DNA from: Nitrospirota bacterium
Lineage (GTDB): Bacteria; Nitrospirota; JACRHL01
DNA: 64,000 nucleotides
Assembly: GCA_029881725.1 (NCBI GenBank)
Contig: JAOUMB010000006.1
Coordinates: forward strand, 2,333 to 66,332
Reading direction: 5' to 3'
Below the pieces are notes generated by a model that saw only the letters and a program-made list of their open reading frames with translations, made no database searches and had not been told where the DNA came from. Below are positions 29,161 to 40,000 of this stretch, one piece after another. Every line of letters starts with the position of its first letter. Position 1 is the first letter of the stretch. The position numbers were made by a program, and so were the translations under genes.

Positions 29161-30312
29161 ATGCGCATCTGTTATTTTGGCACCTATTCCGACCAGTCCG
29201 GCTACCCCATGAACCGGGTGCTGCTGGCGGGCCTCGAGGCCGCTGGCGCCACGGTGATTCCGTGCCATGTGCGGGTGTGGGCCGACGCCGCCGACAAGAT
29301 GGCGGCCAACGGGGCGCTGGGCATGCTGGCGCGGGCCGCGCGCATGGCGCTGGCGTGGCTGCGGCTGGGGATCAAATTTTATCACCTGCCGGATTACGAC
29401 GTGCTGGTGGTGGGCTACCTGGGCCATTTCGACCTGTTTCTGGCCAAGGCCCTGTCCCGCTTCCGGCCCCGCCCGGTGGTGCTCAACGCCCTCATCTCCC
29501 TGTACGACACGGTGGTGGTGGACCGGGGCATGATCTCCGCGCGCAACCCCCTGGCGCGCCTGCTGTGGCACCTGGATCGGGCGGCCTTCTCCATGGCCGA
29601 CGCGGTGCTGATCGACACCACCACCCACGCCCGCCATCTGGCGGAAACCTTCGGCATCCCCCGGGAAAAGTGGATCACCGTGCGGGTGGGGTCCGATCCG
29701 GCGGGACTGCCGGATTTCCCGTCCCCGCCGCCGGTGGAAAAGCCGGTCACCGTGCTCTATTTCGGCACCTACATCGCCCTGCACGGGGTGCCGGTGATTC
29801 TGCGCGCGGCGCGCAAGCTGGCCGGAGAGCGGGACATCGTGTTCCGCATGGTGGGACGCGGGCAGGAGGTGGCCAGCGCCCGCGACATGGCCCGCGACCT
29901 GCCCAACGTCACCTTTGTGGAACGGTGGGTGGACCGCCCGGAACTGCTGGCGGAAATTGCCGCCGCCCACATGTGCCTGGGGGTGTTCGGCACCGGCAGC
30001 AAAACCGCCCGGGTGATCCCGTGCAAGGTGTTCGACGCCCTGGCCATGGGCCGCCCGGTGATTACCGCCGACAACGAGGCGGTGCGCGAATTGCTCACCG
30101 GCGCGGGGGACGCGGTGCTGGTGCCCGCCGGGGATTCCGACGCGCTGGCGCGGGCCATTCGCGGGCTGGCCTTCGATCCGCCCCGGCGGGCGTCGCTGGG
30201 GGAAACCGGCTTTCGCCGTTTCCGCGCCGGGTGCACCCCGGAGGCCATTGGCGCCGGGGTGATCGCCGGGTTGGCGTCCCGCTTTCCGCACGCGGCCGGG
30301 GAGCGTTCGTGA
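29161..30312 (+). CDS. Glycosyltransferase family 4
   Basis: YFGTYIALHG, LGVFG..K..VIPCKVFDALAMGRPVIT. Confidence 0.85.
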   Translation: MRICYFGTYSDQSGYPMNRVLLAGLEAAGATVIPCHVRVWADAADKMAANGALGMLARAARMALAWLRLGIKFYHLPDYDVLVVGYLGHFDLFLAKALSRFRPRPVVLNALISLYDTVVVDRGMISARNPLARLLWHLDRAAFSMADAVLIDTTTHARHLAETFGIPREKWITVRVGSDPAGLPDFPSPPPVEKPVTVLYFGTYIALHGVPVILRAARKLAGERDIVFRMVGRGQEVASARDMARDLPNVTFVERWVDRPELLAEIAAAHMCLGVFGTGSKTARVIPCKVFDALAMGRPVITADNEAVRELLTGAGDAVLVPAGDSDALARAIRGLAFDPPRRASLGETGFRRFRAGCTPEAIGAGVIAGLASRFPHAAGERS

Positions 30313-31517
30313 ACCGCATCATCCACCGGCTGGTGGCCCGCGGCGTGGCCCGCGCCATCGCCCCGGCGTTGCGCTATGCGGCGCGTCTGGAGGAGGTGGA
30401 CCGGCTGCCGGAGGACGACGGCCTGCTCAAGGCGTTGCTGGAGGGGGAGGCGGCCGGGGAGGGGCCGGTCCATTACCTGCTCAACGGCCATTTCAACCAC
30501 GATACCGATCTGGTGACGCGCCTGAAGGGGCTGCACGCGCGCATGGCGCGGGGCGACCGGGTGGTGGCGGTCTGCTACGGCACCCTGCTGCGCGGAGTGG
30601 CCGCCCGCTTCGGACTGACGGTGGTGGCCGCCAGCCGGGAGAACACCGTCACCCGCTACGACGTGGCCGACATCGCGCGGCTGGCCGGGTTTGAGATGGT
30701 CCTGCTGCGCCGCCCGAGGGTGCTGGGCTTTTGCGTGGCGTGGGTGGTCTATCTGCGCCCGGTAAAGCCCGACCCCATGCCCCCGTCCGTGAGCGTGATC
30801 GTCCCGGCGCGCAACGAGGCGGGCAATATTCCCCGCCTGTTCGACGAGATGCCGCGCTTTCCCGGCCCGACGGAGATCATTCTGGTGGAGGGACACTCCA
30901 CCGACGGCACCGCCGACGCCATCCGGGGCGAAATGGAACGCCGCCAGCCGTTGCCCGGCACCACCTGGCACGCACTGACCCAGCCCGGCAGTGGCAAGGA
31001 TGACGCGGTCTGCCACGGCCTGCGGCACGCCACGGGGGAACTGTGCGTGATTCTGGACGCGGACCTGACCGTGCCCCCGGCCATGCTGCTGCGTTTTTAC
31101 GAAACCTGCCGCGACGGGCTGGCGGATTTCGTCAACGGCTCCCGCCTGCTGTATCCGGTGGCGGGGGAGGAAATGCGGTTTTTCAACCGGGTGGGCAATG
31201 TGCTGTTCGTGCATCTGCTGTCCCGCGTGCTGGGCATGCGCGTGACCGATGCCCTGTGCGGCACCAAGCTGTTCCGGCGCGACGACTGGCTGCGCATGCG
31301 CCGCTGGCGGGAGCGCTTCGGAAGCGGTGACCCGTTCGGCGATTTTGACCTGCTGTTCGCCTGCGCCGACCTGGCCATCGGTTGCGTCAACCTGCCGGTG
31401 CAGTACGCAACCCGCACTTACGGCAGCACCAACATCCACCGCTTTCGCTCCGGGTGGAGCCTGCTGCGCATGACCCTGCGGGGGGTGGTCTGGTTCCGTC
31501 TGAAGGGGCCGGCATGA
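30309..31517 (+). CDS. GT2, polyprenol-phosphate glycosyltransferase (DPM1-like), with a degenerate N-terminal domain
   Basis: VIVPARNEAGNI, VEGHSTDGT, LDADLTV, VNGSRL, DALCGTK, DPFGDFDLLF, RTYGSTNI. GTGA overlap with the upstream gene. Confidence 0.85.
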   Translation: MNRIIHRLVARGVARAIAPALRYAARLEEVDRLPEDDGLLKALLEGEAAGEGPVHYLLNGHFNHDTDLVTRLKGLHARMARGDRVVAVCYGTLLRGVAARFGLTVVAASRENTVTRYDVADIARLAGFEMVLLRRPRVLGFCVAWVVYLRPVKPDPMPPSVSVIVPARNEAGNIPRLFDEMPRFPGPTEIILVEGHSTDGTADAIRGEMERRQPLPGTTWHALTQPGSGKDDAVCHGLRHATGELCVILDADLTVPPAMLLRFYETCRDGLADFVNGSRLLYPVAGEEMRFFNRVGNVLFVHLLSRVLGMRVTDALCGTKLFRRDDWLRMRRWRERFGSGDPFGDFDLLFACADLAIGCVNLPVQYATRTYGSTNIHRFRSGWSLLRMTLRGVVWFRLKGPA

Positions 31518-32365
31518 AGCCCTTGGTTTCCGTCATCATCCCGGTGCGCAACGGGGCCGCCACGGTGGGCGAGGTGCTGGATGCCCTGGCGGCGCAGGAG
31601 TGGCCAACGGACCGGATGCAGGTGATCGTGGCCGATAACGGCTCCACCGACGGCACCGGGGAGGTGGCCCGCGCCCGGGGTGCCACGGTGGTGGTGGAGG
31701 ATCAGGTGTTCAGTGCCGCCGCCGCCCGCAACCGGGGCATCGACGCCGCCGAGGGCGACATCCTGCTGTTCGTGGACTGCGATTGCGTGATGGAGCCGGG
31801 GTGGGTTTCGGCGCTGGTGGCGGCCCTGGAAGGGGAGAATGCCGATCTGGCGGGGGGCGCGGTGCGCAGCCGGCTGGGGCGGCGTCCGTTGCTGGGGCAC
31901 TACGAGGATTTGAGTTATGCCCGGCAGGAGGCGCGCATCCGGGAGCACGGGGTGTCCGGCACCGGCAATCTGGCGGTGCGCCGGGCGGTGTTCGACGCGG
32001 TGGGGCCGTTTCGCGCCGACCTGCGCCAGGGGGAGGATGACGAGTTTTGCCAGCGCGTGGTGGCCGCCGGGTTTGTCATTGCCTTCGCGCCGGGGGCAGT
32101 TGTGTACCGGGCGCCGGTGGAGAGTGTGGCCGCCCTGCTGCGCCGCCAGTACCGATCCGGGCGGACGGAGGTGGCCCTGCTGGCGGCAGGGGGGCAACTG
32201 GTGCGCGCTCCGGGAAGCTCCTACCTGTCGCGCAAGCGGGCCTATGTGGCGCGGGTGCTGAGGGCGCAAGGGGTGCCGTGGTTCCACCGGATCGGGGTGA
32301 TCGTCCTCAACCTGGCCGCCAGTGTGGCCCAGTGGCTTGGCCGCCGTTCGGGTGGAAACCGGTAA
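31514..32365 (+). CDS. Glycosyltransferase family 2
   Basis: [36 protein letters not shown]. Confidence 0.88.
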   Translation: MKPLVSVIIPVRNGAATVGEVLDALAAQEWPTDRMQVIVADNGSTDGTGEVARARGATVVVEDQVFSAAAARNRGIDAAEGDILLFVDCDCVMEPGWVSALVAALEGENADLAGGAVRSRLGRRPLLGHYEDLSYARQEARIREHGVSGTGNLAVRRAVFDAVGPFRADLRQGEDDEFCQRVVAAGFVIAFAPGAVVYRAPVESVAALLRRQYRSGRTEVALLAAGGQLVRAPGSSYLSRKRAYVARVLRAQGVPWFHRIGVIVLNLAASVAQWLGRRSGGNR

Positions 32366-33171
32366 TGCCCGAACTTCCCGAGGTGGAAACCACCCGCCGG
32401 GGGATCGAACCCCACGTGGCGGGCGCGCGCATTCTGCGCGTGGCGGTGCGTGAGGCGCGCCTGCGCTGGCCGGTGCCGCCGGAGGTGAACCGCGCGGCCG
32501 GGCAGCTGGTGCGCCGGGTGGCCCGCCGCGCCAAATACCTGTTGCTGGAACTGGAATCCGGCTGCCTGATCGTGCATCTGGGCATGTCCGGCAGTCTGCG
32601 CCTGGTGGCCGCGGACGCCCCGCCGGGCAAACACGACCATGTGGATCTGGTGCTGGAAGGGGGAAGCTCCCTGCGCCTGACCGATCCGCGCCGGTTCGGA
32701 TGCCTGTTGTGGAGCGACGACGGTCACCACCCCCTGCTGGAGAAACTGGGGCCGGAACCGCTGGAAGCGGACTTTTCCGCCGGGTATCTGCACGCCCGCT
32801 CCCGTGGGCGGCGGGTGGCGGTTAAGCATTTTCTGATGGACGGGCAGGTGGTGGTGGGGGTGGGCAACATCTACGCCAACGAGGCCCTGTTTCTGGCCGG
32901 AATCGCGCCGACCCGGCCCGCCGGACGGGTATCCCTGGCCCGCTATACGGCGCTGGCCGAGGCCGTGCGCACCGTGCTGGCGCGGGCCATCGAGGCCGGC
33001 GGTACCACCCTGCGGGACTTTGTGGGGGGCGATGGCAAGCCGGGCTATTTTGCCCAGGAACTGCGGGTGTATGGACGCACCGGGCAGCCGTGCCCCCGCT
33101 GCGGAACCGCCGTCAGGGGCGGTCAGTTGGGGCAGCGCTCGGCGTTCTGGTGCCCCCAATGCCAGCGCTAG
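32365..33171 (+). CDS. mutM: Formamidopyrimidine-DNA glycosylase
   Basis: [30 protein letters not shown], Zn finger CPRC..CPQCQ. Confidence 0.96.
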   Translation: MPELPEVETTRRGIEPHVAGARILRVAVREARLRWPVPPEVNRAAGQLVRRVARRAKYLLLELESGCLIVHLGMSGSLRLVAADAPPGKHDHVDLVLEGGSSLRLTDPRRFGCLLWSDDGHHPLLEKLGPEPLEADFSAGYLHARSRGRRVAVKHFLMDGQVVVGVGNIYANEALFLAGIAPTRPAGRVSLARYTALAEAVRTVLARAIEAGGTTLRDFVGGDGKPGYFAQELRVYGRTGQPCPRCGTAVRGGQLGQRSAFWCPQCQR

Positions 33172-34981
33172 GGGGCAGGGAGCGGTAAATTTGCTCCAAC
33201 GGCGGGGACACCGCGCCGTTGGCTTCCGCCCGCCGGTAGAGCGCACGCGCGTCGTCAAAACGGCCCGCGGCCCGGTAGGCGATGATCAGGTTGGCGTATA
33301 TCGTCGGGGAGCCGGGATCGAAGTTCAGGGCCTGTTCCATGCGGACAATGCCCGCGGGCAGATCGCCGCCACGGGCCAGGGTGATTCCCAGATTGGTCAG
33401 CGCCTCCGGGTAGCGGGGACGCAGTTCGATGGCCCGCTGGTAGGAGGCGCGGGCCGCGTTCAGGTCGCCCTCGATCTCCTGGACCACCCCCAGGTTGAAG
33501 TGGGCCGGGGCGTAGCGGGGATACAGGCGGATGGCCTCGGCAAGCGCCTGTCGGGCGCCGGTCATGTCGCCAAGCCGTTCCAGGGCGCTGCCCAGGTCCG
33601 AATGCACCGAGGCCTCATTGGGATAGATGGCGATGGATTTGCGGTATTCCGCCACCGCGCCGGGCAGGTCACCCCCCTCTTGCAGGGCGGTGCCCAGGTT
33701 GGCGTGGGCGCGGAAATCCCCCGGCGCCTTGGCCACCGCATCCCGCCACAGGGAAAGGTTGCTGCCCCACACCGGGTTGCGCAGCACGGTGCCCGTGCCG
33801 AGTACCGCCACCACCACCGCCACCGCCACCAGCGAGCGGCGCTCCGGCAGCAATGGCCGCCAGGCGGCCAGAATCGCCCCCACCGCCAGCAGGATTCCGG
33901 CCGCGGCCAGATACCCACGGCTCTCCTGCAACGGGGTGTTCATGGGCAACAGGGTGGTGGGGGCCAGGGCGATCAGAAACAGTCCCCAGCCGAAGGCGGC
34001 CGCTGGAATCTTCCGCCATACGGCCACCGCCCCGGCGGTGATGCCCAGCAGCAGCAGACCGCACACGGCGGCCGTCAGCGACGGGCCCGCGGCGGGGAAG
34101 GCGTGCACCACGCTCAGTCCCACCGGCACCAGCATCAGCCACAGGAATTTGGCCAGCACCATGGCCTGAAGCCACAGATTCTCGCCGATGCCGCGCGGTC
34201 CCACACCGCCGCCCGCCACCTTGAGCAGGTAGGCCAGGTGCCCCTGCCAGACCAGAAACCCCAATGCCAACCCCAGCGCCGCCGCGTGCAGTCCGTAGCC
34301 GTGCAGGCCGTAGCGGCGCGCGGCGGGCGGCGGGTAGAGCAGGTCGTAAAGCAGGAACAGGGCGGGAGTGACCACCGCCACCTCCTTGGTCAGCACCGCC
34401 GCCAGGGTGCAGGCGAAGGCGCCGCCCAACCGGGCGTAACGCCCGGCGCCCCGCCCCTGCCGGGCGGCGATGAACAGCAGCAGCGCCCCCAGCATGAAGG
34501 TGGCGCTCAGCACCGAGGAGCGGGCGGTGATGTAGTTCACCGCTTCCGTGTGAAACGGGGTGACCAGAAAGACGGCCCCGGTGGCCACCGCCCACGGCCC
34601 CGGCACCCCCAGGCGCCGGCTCAGGGCCACCAGCATCAGCGCGCAGGCCACATGCAGCAGCAGGTTGACCAGGTGAAACCCGGCCACCCCGTCGCCGGTG
34701 ACCATGAAGTTGAACAGGTAGCTCACCAGCAGCATGGGCCGGTAGTGGGTGGCCGTGGGTTCGGTGGGGGCGAAATAGTGGCGCCCGGCGCTGGGCACGA
34801 ACACGTCCTTCAGGATGCCGGGGTCGTGCAGGTAATGGTTCTGGGCGATGCCGTGGGCATCGTCGAAGTGAAACGGGTTGTGCAGGGCGTTGGCATACAG
34901 CCCCAGCGCGGCCACCAGAAACACCAGGGGCAGCAGCAGGCGGCGCGCGCCCGGCCGTTGGATCAGGGGGACAGCGCTCAC
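33113..34981 (-). CDS. TMTC-like GT-C membrane protein with C-terminal TPRs
   Basis: [39 protein letters not shown]; about 11 TM segments then 5-6 TPRs. GTG overlaps the upstream GT2 stop. Confidence 0.82.
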   Translation of the reverse strand: MSAVPLIQRPGARRLLLPLVFLVAALGLYANALHNPFHFDDAHGIAQNHYLHDPGILKDVFVPSAGRHYFAPTEPTATHYRPMLLVSYLFNFMVTGDGVAGFHLVNLLLHVACALMLVALSRRLGVPGPWAVATGAVFLVTPFHTEAVNYITARSSVLSATFMLGALLLFIAARQGRGAGRYARLGGAFACTLAAVLTKEVAVVTPALFLLYDLLYPPPAARRYGLHGYGLHAAALGLALGFLVWQGHLAYLLKVAGGGVGPRGIGENLWLQAMVLAKFLWLMLVPVGLSVVHAFPAAGPSLTAAVCGLLLLGITAGAVAVWRKIPAAAFGWGLFLIALAPTTLLPMNTPLQESRGYLAAAGILLAVGAILAAWRPLLPERRSLVAVAVVVAVLGTGTVLRNPVWGSNLSLWRDAVAKAPGDFRAHANLGTALQEGGDLPGAVAEYRKSIAIYPNEASVHSDLGSALERLGDMTGARQALAEAIRLYPRYAPAHFNLGVVQEIEGDLNAARASYQRAIELRPRYPEALTNLGITLARGGDLPAGIVRMEQALNFDPGSPTIYANLIIAYRAAGRFDDARALYRRAEANGAVSPPLEQIYRSLPPSAGIGGTRTPSAAPTDRP

Positions 34982-35874
34982 GCGGCGGCGCGCACCCGGT
35001 CCAGGCCACGGGCCGCGGCCCAGCACCAGATCAGTTTGGCCAGCAGCACCACCGGAAACGCGGCCGCATCCCGCACCAGTTCCGGGTGGCGGAACCAGAT
35101 GCGCAGGGTGGCCCCCAGCGCCAGCAGGGGCGAGAACAGGCGCAGGGTCCAGGCGCTTTTCAGATACCACGGGGTGCCCAGCAGGTCCGCATGGCGGCCG
35201 CGCACCACAATGGAGTCCGGCGCCCAGGCGGCGGCGTGGCGCAGGAACCCGCCGAAATCGGCGCGCCCGTGGTGATGGGCGGCGGGCGCCGTGGGCTCGA
35301 AGTACATGGGATACCCCTTGCGGGACAGGCGCATCATCAGGTCGAAGTCCTCCCCGCACACCAGGGTTTCGTCAAACCCGTTGACCTCCTGCAGCAGCAG
35401 TTTGGGCAGACACAGGTTGGCGGCGGACAGGTGAAACCCGCGCGGGGGGCCCGCCGGGGTGGAGGGCAGAAACCCGTGGGCGGCGGAGATGTTGTCCGCC
35501 ACCCGCCAGAAGCCTTCGCGGGGGAAGGTGAGCGCGCCGCCCACGATCGGGTGCCCCTGGGCGTGGGTGGCCAGCATGCGCGCCATCCAGTGCGGCTCGG
35601 GGATGCAGTCCGCATCCAGAAACAGCACGGTTTCGCCGCGCGCCTCGCGAATGGCCAGGTTGCGGGCCTCGGAAGGGGTGTAGTCGCGTTCGGTTTCCAG
35701 AAAGCGCACCCGGGGATCGACGGGAATCACCCCGTGCCGGTCCCTTCCGGCCACGATCACCTCGAAGGATTGATCCACCCCCTGCTGGGCCAGAACCGCA
35801 TTTACGGTGTCGCCCACACGGGGACAGTGCAGGTTCGGAATCAGGACCGACAGGGTGGGATTATCTACAAACAT
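34978..35874 (-). CDS. Glycosyltransferase family 2
   Basis: LSVLIP, ARNLAI, FLDADC, GFDE..CGEDFDL. Confidence 0.85.
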   Translation of the reverse strand: MFVDNPTLSVLIPNLHCPRVGDTVNAVLAQQGVDQSFEVIVAGRDRHGVIPVDPRVRFLETERDYTPSEARNLAIREARGETVLFLDADCIPEPHWMARMLATHAQGHPIVGGALTFPREGFWRVADNISAAHGFLPSTPAGPPRGFHLSAANLCLPKLLLQEVNGFDETLVCGEDFDLMMRLSRKGYPMYFEPTAPAAHHHGRADFGGFLRHAAAWAPDSIVVRGRHADLLGTPWYLKSAWTLRLFSPLLALGATLRIWFRHPELVRDAAAFPVVLLAKLIWCWAAARGLDRVRAAA

Positions 35875-35964
35875 ATGCGATTCATGGCCTTTTGGAGGGG
35901 CGCCGCCCCGCGACAAATGTAGCATATTCACCGCAAACCGCTTGCACGATGGCCGTTGGCGCTG

Positions 35965-35973
35965 TGGTATGAT
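35965..35973 (+). promoter_or_regulatory. Extended -10 promoter element for the bamA operon
   Basis: TGgTATGAT. Confidence 0.4.
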
Positions 35974-35997
35974 TCCGGCCTTTCGACGATGCCCACC

Positions 35998-38325
35998 ATG
36001 TGCCGACCCATATTAAAATCCACCTTCGGGGTTATGTTGCTGTTGCTGTGCGGCCTGCTGCCGCCGTTGCCCGCCCTTGCGGAGGGGCCGGAGGAGTTGC
36101 TGGGCCGCACCGTGACCCGCATCGAGGTGGTGGGTGTGCGTCAGATCGCCCCCGGCACCGTGTCCGGGCAGCTCGATACCGAGCCGGGTTCGCCGCTCTC
36201 CGCCGCCACCGTGCGGCGGGACATCGAGGCCGTGTTCGGGCTTGGCTTTTTTTCGGACGTGGTGATCGAGGGGGAGCCGGAGGGGAGCAACGGCGTGGTG
36301 GTCACCGTGCGCGTGACCGAGTTGCCCGCGCTGGCCGGCGAGGTGCAGGTCAAGGGCAACCGCAAGGTGCTCAAGGACACCCTGCTGGGGCACGCCACCG
36401 GCATGGATTCCGGGGCATTTCTGACCCCGGCGGACGTTCTGCGCGCCCGGCGCGGCATGCTGGCGGACTATTTTGACGAAGGGTACCTGCAGGCCACGGT
36501 GGTTCCGGTGGAGGTGGAGTCCACCGATGAAGCGACCGGCGCCCCCATCGTGGATCTGGCCTTCGTGGTGGAAGAGGGCAAAAAGACCCGGGTCCGCCAC
36601 ATCGGGTTTTCCGGGAACACCGCCTTTTCCAACCGCACCCTGCGCGGAAAGCTGAAAAGCAAACGGCGCTTCTGGGCCACCAGTTGGCTGACCGGTTCCG
36701 GCATCTACCGCGAGAGCCACGTGGAAGAGGACGTGCTGCGGCTGGAGGATTTTTACCAGAACCAGGGGTTCATGGACGTGTCGGTCAGTCCGCCGAACGT
36801 GGAACTGTCCGACGACCGGCAGTGGTATTCGCTCACCTACCCGATTGTGGAGGGGCCGGTGTACCGCATCGGCGAGGTGTCCGTGGCCCACGGCGACAAG
36901 CTTCCCGAAGCGGATCTGATGAAGGGGCTGGAACTGGCCACCGGCAGCGTCTACAGCCGGGACGCCATGCGCCGCAACCTGGGCATGCTGACCGACCGGC
37001 TGGGTGAAGTGGGGTACGCGCTGGCACGGGTGGAGCCGGAGTTCGACCGCGACCCCGAAACCGGCACCGTGGACGTTCGCTATATGGTGACCGAGGGGGA
37101 CCAGATCACCATCCGCCGCATCAATGTTCGGGGCAACACCAAGACCCGCGACAAGGTGATCCGGCGCGAGGTGCGCCAGCAGGAGGGCGAGGTGATCAAC
37201 ACCTCCCTGTTGCGGCGCACCTACCAGCGCATTCTCAATCTCCAGTATTTCGGGTCGGTGGATATTGATACCAAGGAGGCGGGCCCCGGTCTGCTGGATC
37301 TGGACATCACGGTGGAGGAAAAATCCACCGGGCAGTTTTCCATCGGTGGCGGCTATAGCTCCAACGACGGGCTGGTGGGGCTGATGGAAATCACCCAGGG
37401 CAACCTGGGCGGGCGCGGCCAGACCCTGAGCGGCAGGCTGGAGCGCAGCGGACGGCGCACGGTGTATAACCTGCGCTTTGCCGAGCCGTACCTGTTCGAC
37501 ACCAACCGCTCCTTCGGTTTCGACCTGTACCGTTCCGAGCGCGATTTCGAGTCCTACGATGAAAAACGCATTGGCGGCGGGGTGAACCTGGGCCGTTCCT
37601 ACGGCGAATACCTGTCGGCCTCCCTGGCTTATCGCTACGAGGTGCTGGACCTGAAGTCGCCGACCGGAACCATACCCGGCAGCCCGCTGCTGGAGGCGCA
37701 GTTGGGAAGGTCGCGCTCCAGTTCCGTGGGCGCCAACATGGCCTGGGACAGCCGCGACAACTATCTTGACCCGCGTCGGGGCATGCGCCACACCCTGCGC
37801 ACCGAGGTGGGCGGCGGCTATCTGGCGGGCACCAACGACTACGTGAAGGGCGTGCTCGACAATTCGGTGTTCTTTCCGCTGCTGCGCAGCATGGCCTTCG
37901 CGGTACGCTCCCAACTGGGATATGGCGCGGGCTACAGCAAGAGTGAACTGCCGGCCGGTGAGCGGTTCTTTGTGGGTGGCATCCGCACGGTGCGCGGCTT
38001 CAACTGGGGCGAGGCGGGACCTCTTGGCACCACCGGCGACCCCATTGGCGCGGACAAGATGTGGGTGATGACCGGCGAGATCACCTTCCCGCTGGTGACC
38101 GAGGCCAACATCAAGGGTGCCCTGTTCACGGACTGGGGAGCGGGCTTTGACACCGGCAGGGATATTGCCGCCGGCCGGATGAACCTGAGCGTCGGCTGGG
38201 AAATCCGCTGGATGAGCCCGGTGGGGCCCCTGCGCTTCGGTTATGGCCGGGTGCTGGTTGACAAGCGGCATCCCGATTTTCAACGCCGGGGTGACCAGTT
38301 CTTCGATTTCGGAACGTTTTTCTAG
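35998..38325 (+). CDS. bamA: Outer membrane protein assembly factor BamA
   Basis: Signal peptide, POTRA repeats (GNTKTRDKVIRRE), VRGF loop, SPVGPLRF, terminal Phe. Start could be 35989, 35998 or 36034. Confidence 0.95.
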   Translation: MCRPILKSTFGVMLLLLCGLLPPLPALAEGPEELLGRTVTRIEVVGVRQIAPGTVSGQLDTEPGSPLSAATVRRDIEAVFGLGFFSDVVIEGEPEGSNGVVVTVRVTELPALAGEVQVKGNRKVLKDTLLGHATGMDSGAFLTPADVLRARRGMLADYFDEGYLQATVVPVEVESTDEATGAPIVDLAFVVEEGKKTRVRHIGFSGNTAFSNRTLRGKLKSKRRFWATSWLTGSGIYRESHVEEDVLRLEDFYQNQGFMDVSVSPPNVELSDDRQWYSLTYPIVEGPVYRIGEVSVAHGDKLPEADLMKGLELATGSVYSRDAMRRNLGMLTDRLGEVGYALARVEPEFDRDPETGTVDVRYMVTEGDQITIRRINVRGNTKTRDKVIRREVRQQEGEVINTSLLRRTYQRILNLQYFGSVDIDTKEAGPGLLDLDITVEEKSTGQFSIGGGYSSNDGLVGLMEITQGNLGGRGQTLSGRLERSGRRTVYNLRFAEPYLFDTNRSFGFDLYRSERDFESYDEKRIGGGVNLGRSYGEYLSASLAYRYEVLDLKSPTGTIPGSPLLEAQLGRSRSSSVGANMAWDSRDNYLDPRRGMRHTLRTEVGGGYLAGTNDYVKGVLDNSVFFPLLRSMAFAVRSQLGYGAGYSKSELPAGERFFVGGIRTVRGFNWGEAGPLGTTGDPIGADKMWVMTGEITFPLVTEANIKGALFTDWGAGFDTGRDIAAGRMNLSVGWEIRWMSPVGPLRFGYGRVLVDKRHPDFQRRGDQFFDFGTFF

Positions 38326-38427
38326 CCTGCTGCCGCCGCCCGGGGTTTCAAGCGGCCGGGCAACCCATGTATTCTTTTAAGCCGGTCGCCACACGTGGTG
38401 GCGCCGGGATGGAGAGGAAGGCCGATC

Positions 38428-38958
38428 ATGCGTGTTTTCGGAATGCTGGCCCTGCTGCTGGCCGGGCTGCTGGCGTCCCCTGCGGCCCATGCCGCCGACG
38501 CGGTGAAAATGGGGTGGGTTCGGGCCCAGGTGGTGCTTGAGAGCACCGATGCCGGGGGAAAAATCCGTTCCCAGAGCGATGAATACATTGCCGCCCGCCA
38601 GAAGATCATCGATCTGGAGCAGGGTGAGCTGGAAGCAATGGAAAAGAAGCTCAAGGCGCAGGCGTCGCTGCTCAGCGAACAGGCCCTGGCCGAGAAAGAG
38701 GGCGAGTTCCGCAAGAAGCTGGAGCGGTACCGGGAAAAGGTTACCGAACTGGCCATGGAGATCGAGCACAAGCAGGCGGAACTGCTGGCCGAGTTCAGCG
38801 GTATCCTGAAGGCGACGGTGGCCAGCGTGGCCCGGCGGGAGGGGTATGCGTTTGTGTTCGATTCCCCGGAGGACGGCATGCTGGTGTATGCCGATCCGGC
38901 CCACGATCTGACCGACAAGGTGATCGCGGAACTCAATGCCGCATCCAAGTCCGAGTAA
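38428..38958 (+). CDS. skp: Skp/OmpH periplasmic chaperone
   Basis: Signal peptide, coiled coil, YAFVFD...DLTDKVI; lies between bamA and lpxD. Confidence 0.88.
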   Translation: MRVFGMLALLLAGLLASPAAHAADAVKMGWVRAQVVLESTDAGGKIRSQSDEYIAARQKIIDLEQGELEAMEKKLKAQASLLSEQALAEKEGEFRKKLERYREKVTELAMEIEHKQAELLAEFSGILKATVASVARREGYAFVFDSPEDGMLVYADPAHDLTDKVIAELNAASKSE

Positions 38959-39988
38959 GCGCCACACCCTGGCGGAGCTTGCCGAACTGGTCGGCGCGCG
39001 CCTGATCGGTGACGGGCGGGTGGAAGTGGACGGCATCGCGCCCATTGCCGAGGCCGGTCCCACCCAGCTCACCTTCGTGGCCAACCCCCGCTACCTCAAG
39101 GAACTGGCCACCACCCGCGCCGCAGCGGTACTGGTGGCGGAGGAAAGCGGGATTTCCGCCGGGCAACTGGTGGTGCGCTCACCCTACGCCGCCTATGCGC
39201 GGCTGATGAACCATTTTTATGCCGTTCCCCGCCAGGCGCGGGGGGTAAGCGCCGATGCCCGGGTGGATGCCTCGGCCAAAGTCGGTGTGGAGCCGGACAT
39301 TGGCGCGTTCGTCACCGTCGGCCCCGGCGCGGTGCTGGGCGACCGGGTGACCCTGCATCCCGGCGTGCGCGTGGGCGAAGGGGTGGTGGTGGGCGACGAC
39401 GTGACCCTGCACCCCAATGTGGTGCTCTACCCCGGTTGCCGCATCGGCCACCGGGTGATCGTGCACGCGGGCACCGTGGTGGGCAGCGATGGATTCGGAT
39501 ATGCCACCGACGGCGGCGTGCATCACAAAATTCCCCATGTGGGCGGTGTGGTGGTGGGGGACGATGTGGAAATCGGCGCCTGCTGCACCATCGATCGCGG
39601 GGTGCTGGGCGACACGGAAATCGGGCCCGGCAGCAAGCTGGACAACCTGATTCAACTGGCCCACAACGTGCGGATCGGTCGCGGCTGCCTGCTGGCGGCG
39701 CAAACCGGTATCGCCGGCAGCACCCACCTGGGTGACTATGTGGCCACGGGCGGGCAGGCCGGGTTTTCCGGCCATCTGTCGGTGGGCAGCCAGGTGCAGG
39801 TGGCGGGCAAGGCGGGCGTCACCAAGGACGTGGGCGACCGCGAGGTGGTTTCCGGATTTCCCGCTCTGCCGCACCGGGAGGCGCTTCGCGCCCAGGCGGC
39901 GCAGGCCCGTATTCCCGAACTGCGGGAACGGGTGAAGAAGCTGGAACAGCAACTTTCCGGGCGGAAATCGCCCGAAACCAACGATTGA
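38936..39988 (+). CDS. lpxD: UDP-3-O-acyl-glucosamine N-acyltransferase
   Basis: Hexapeptide repeats, GSDGFGY, TIDRG, KLDNLIQLAHNV. Confidence 0.95.
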   Translation: MPHPSPSKRHTLAELAELVGARLIGDGRVEVDGIAPIAEAGPTQLTFVANPRYLKELATTRAAAVLVAEESGISAGQLVVRSPYAAYARLMNHFYAVPRQARGVSADARVDASAKVGVEPDIGAFVTVGPGAVLGDRVTLHPGVRVGEGVVVGDDVTLHPNVVLYPGCRIGHRVIVHAGTVVGSDGFGYATDGGVHHKIPHVGGVVVGDDVEIGACCTIDRGVLGDTEIGPGSKLDNLIQLAHNVRIGRGCLLAAQTGIAGSTHLGDYVATGGQAGFSGHLSVGSQVQVAGKAGVTKDVGDREVVSGFPALPHREALRAQAAQARIPELRERVKKLEQQLSGRKSPETND

Positions 39989-40000
39989 TCGGAAGGGCAG

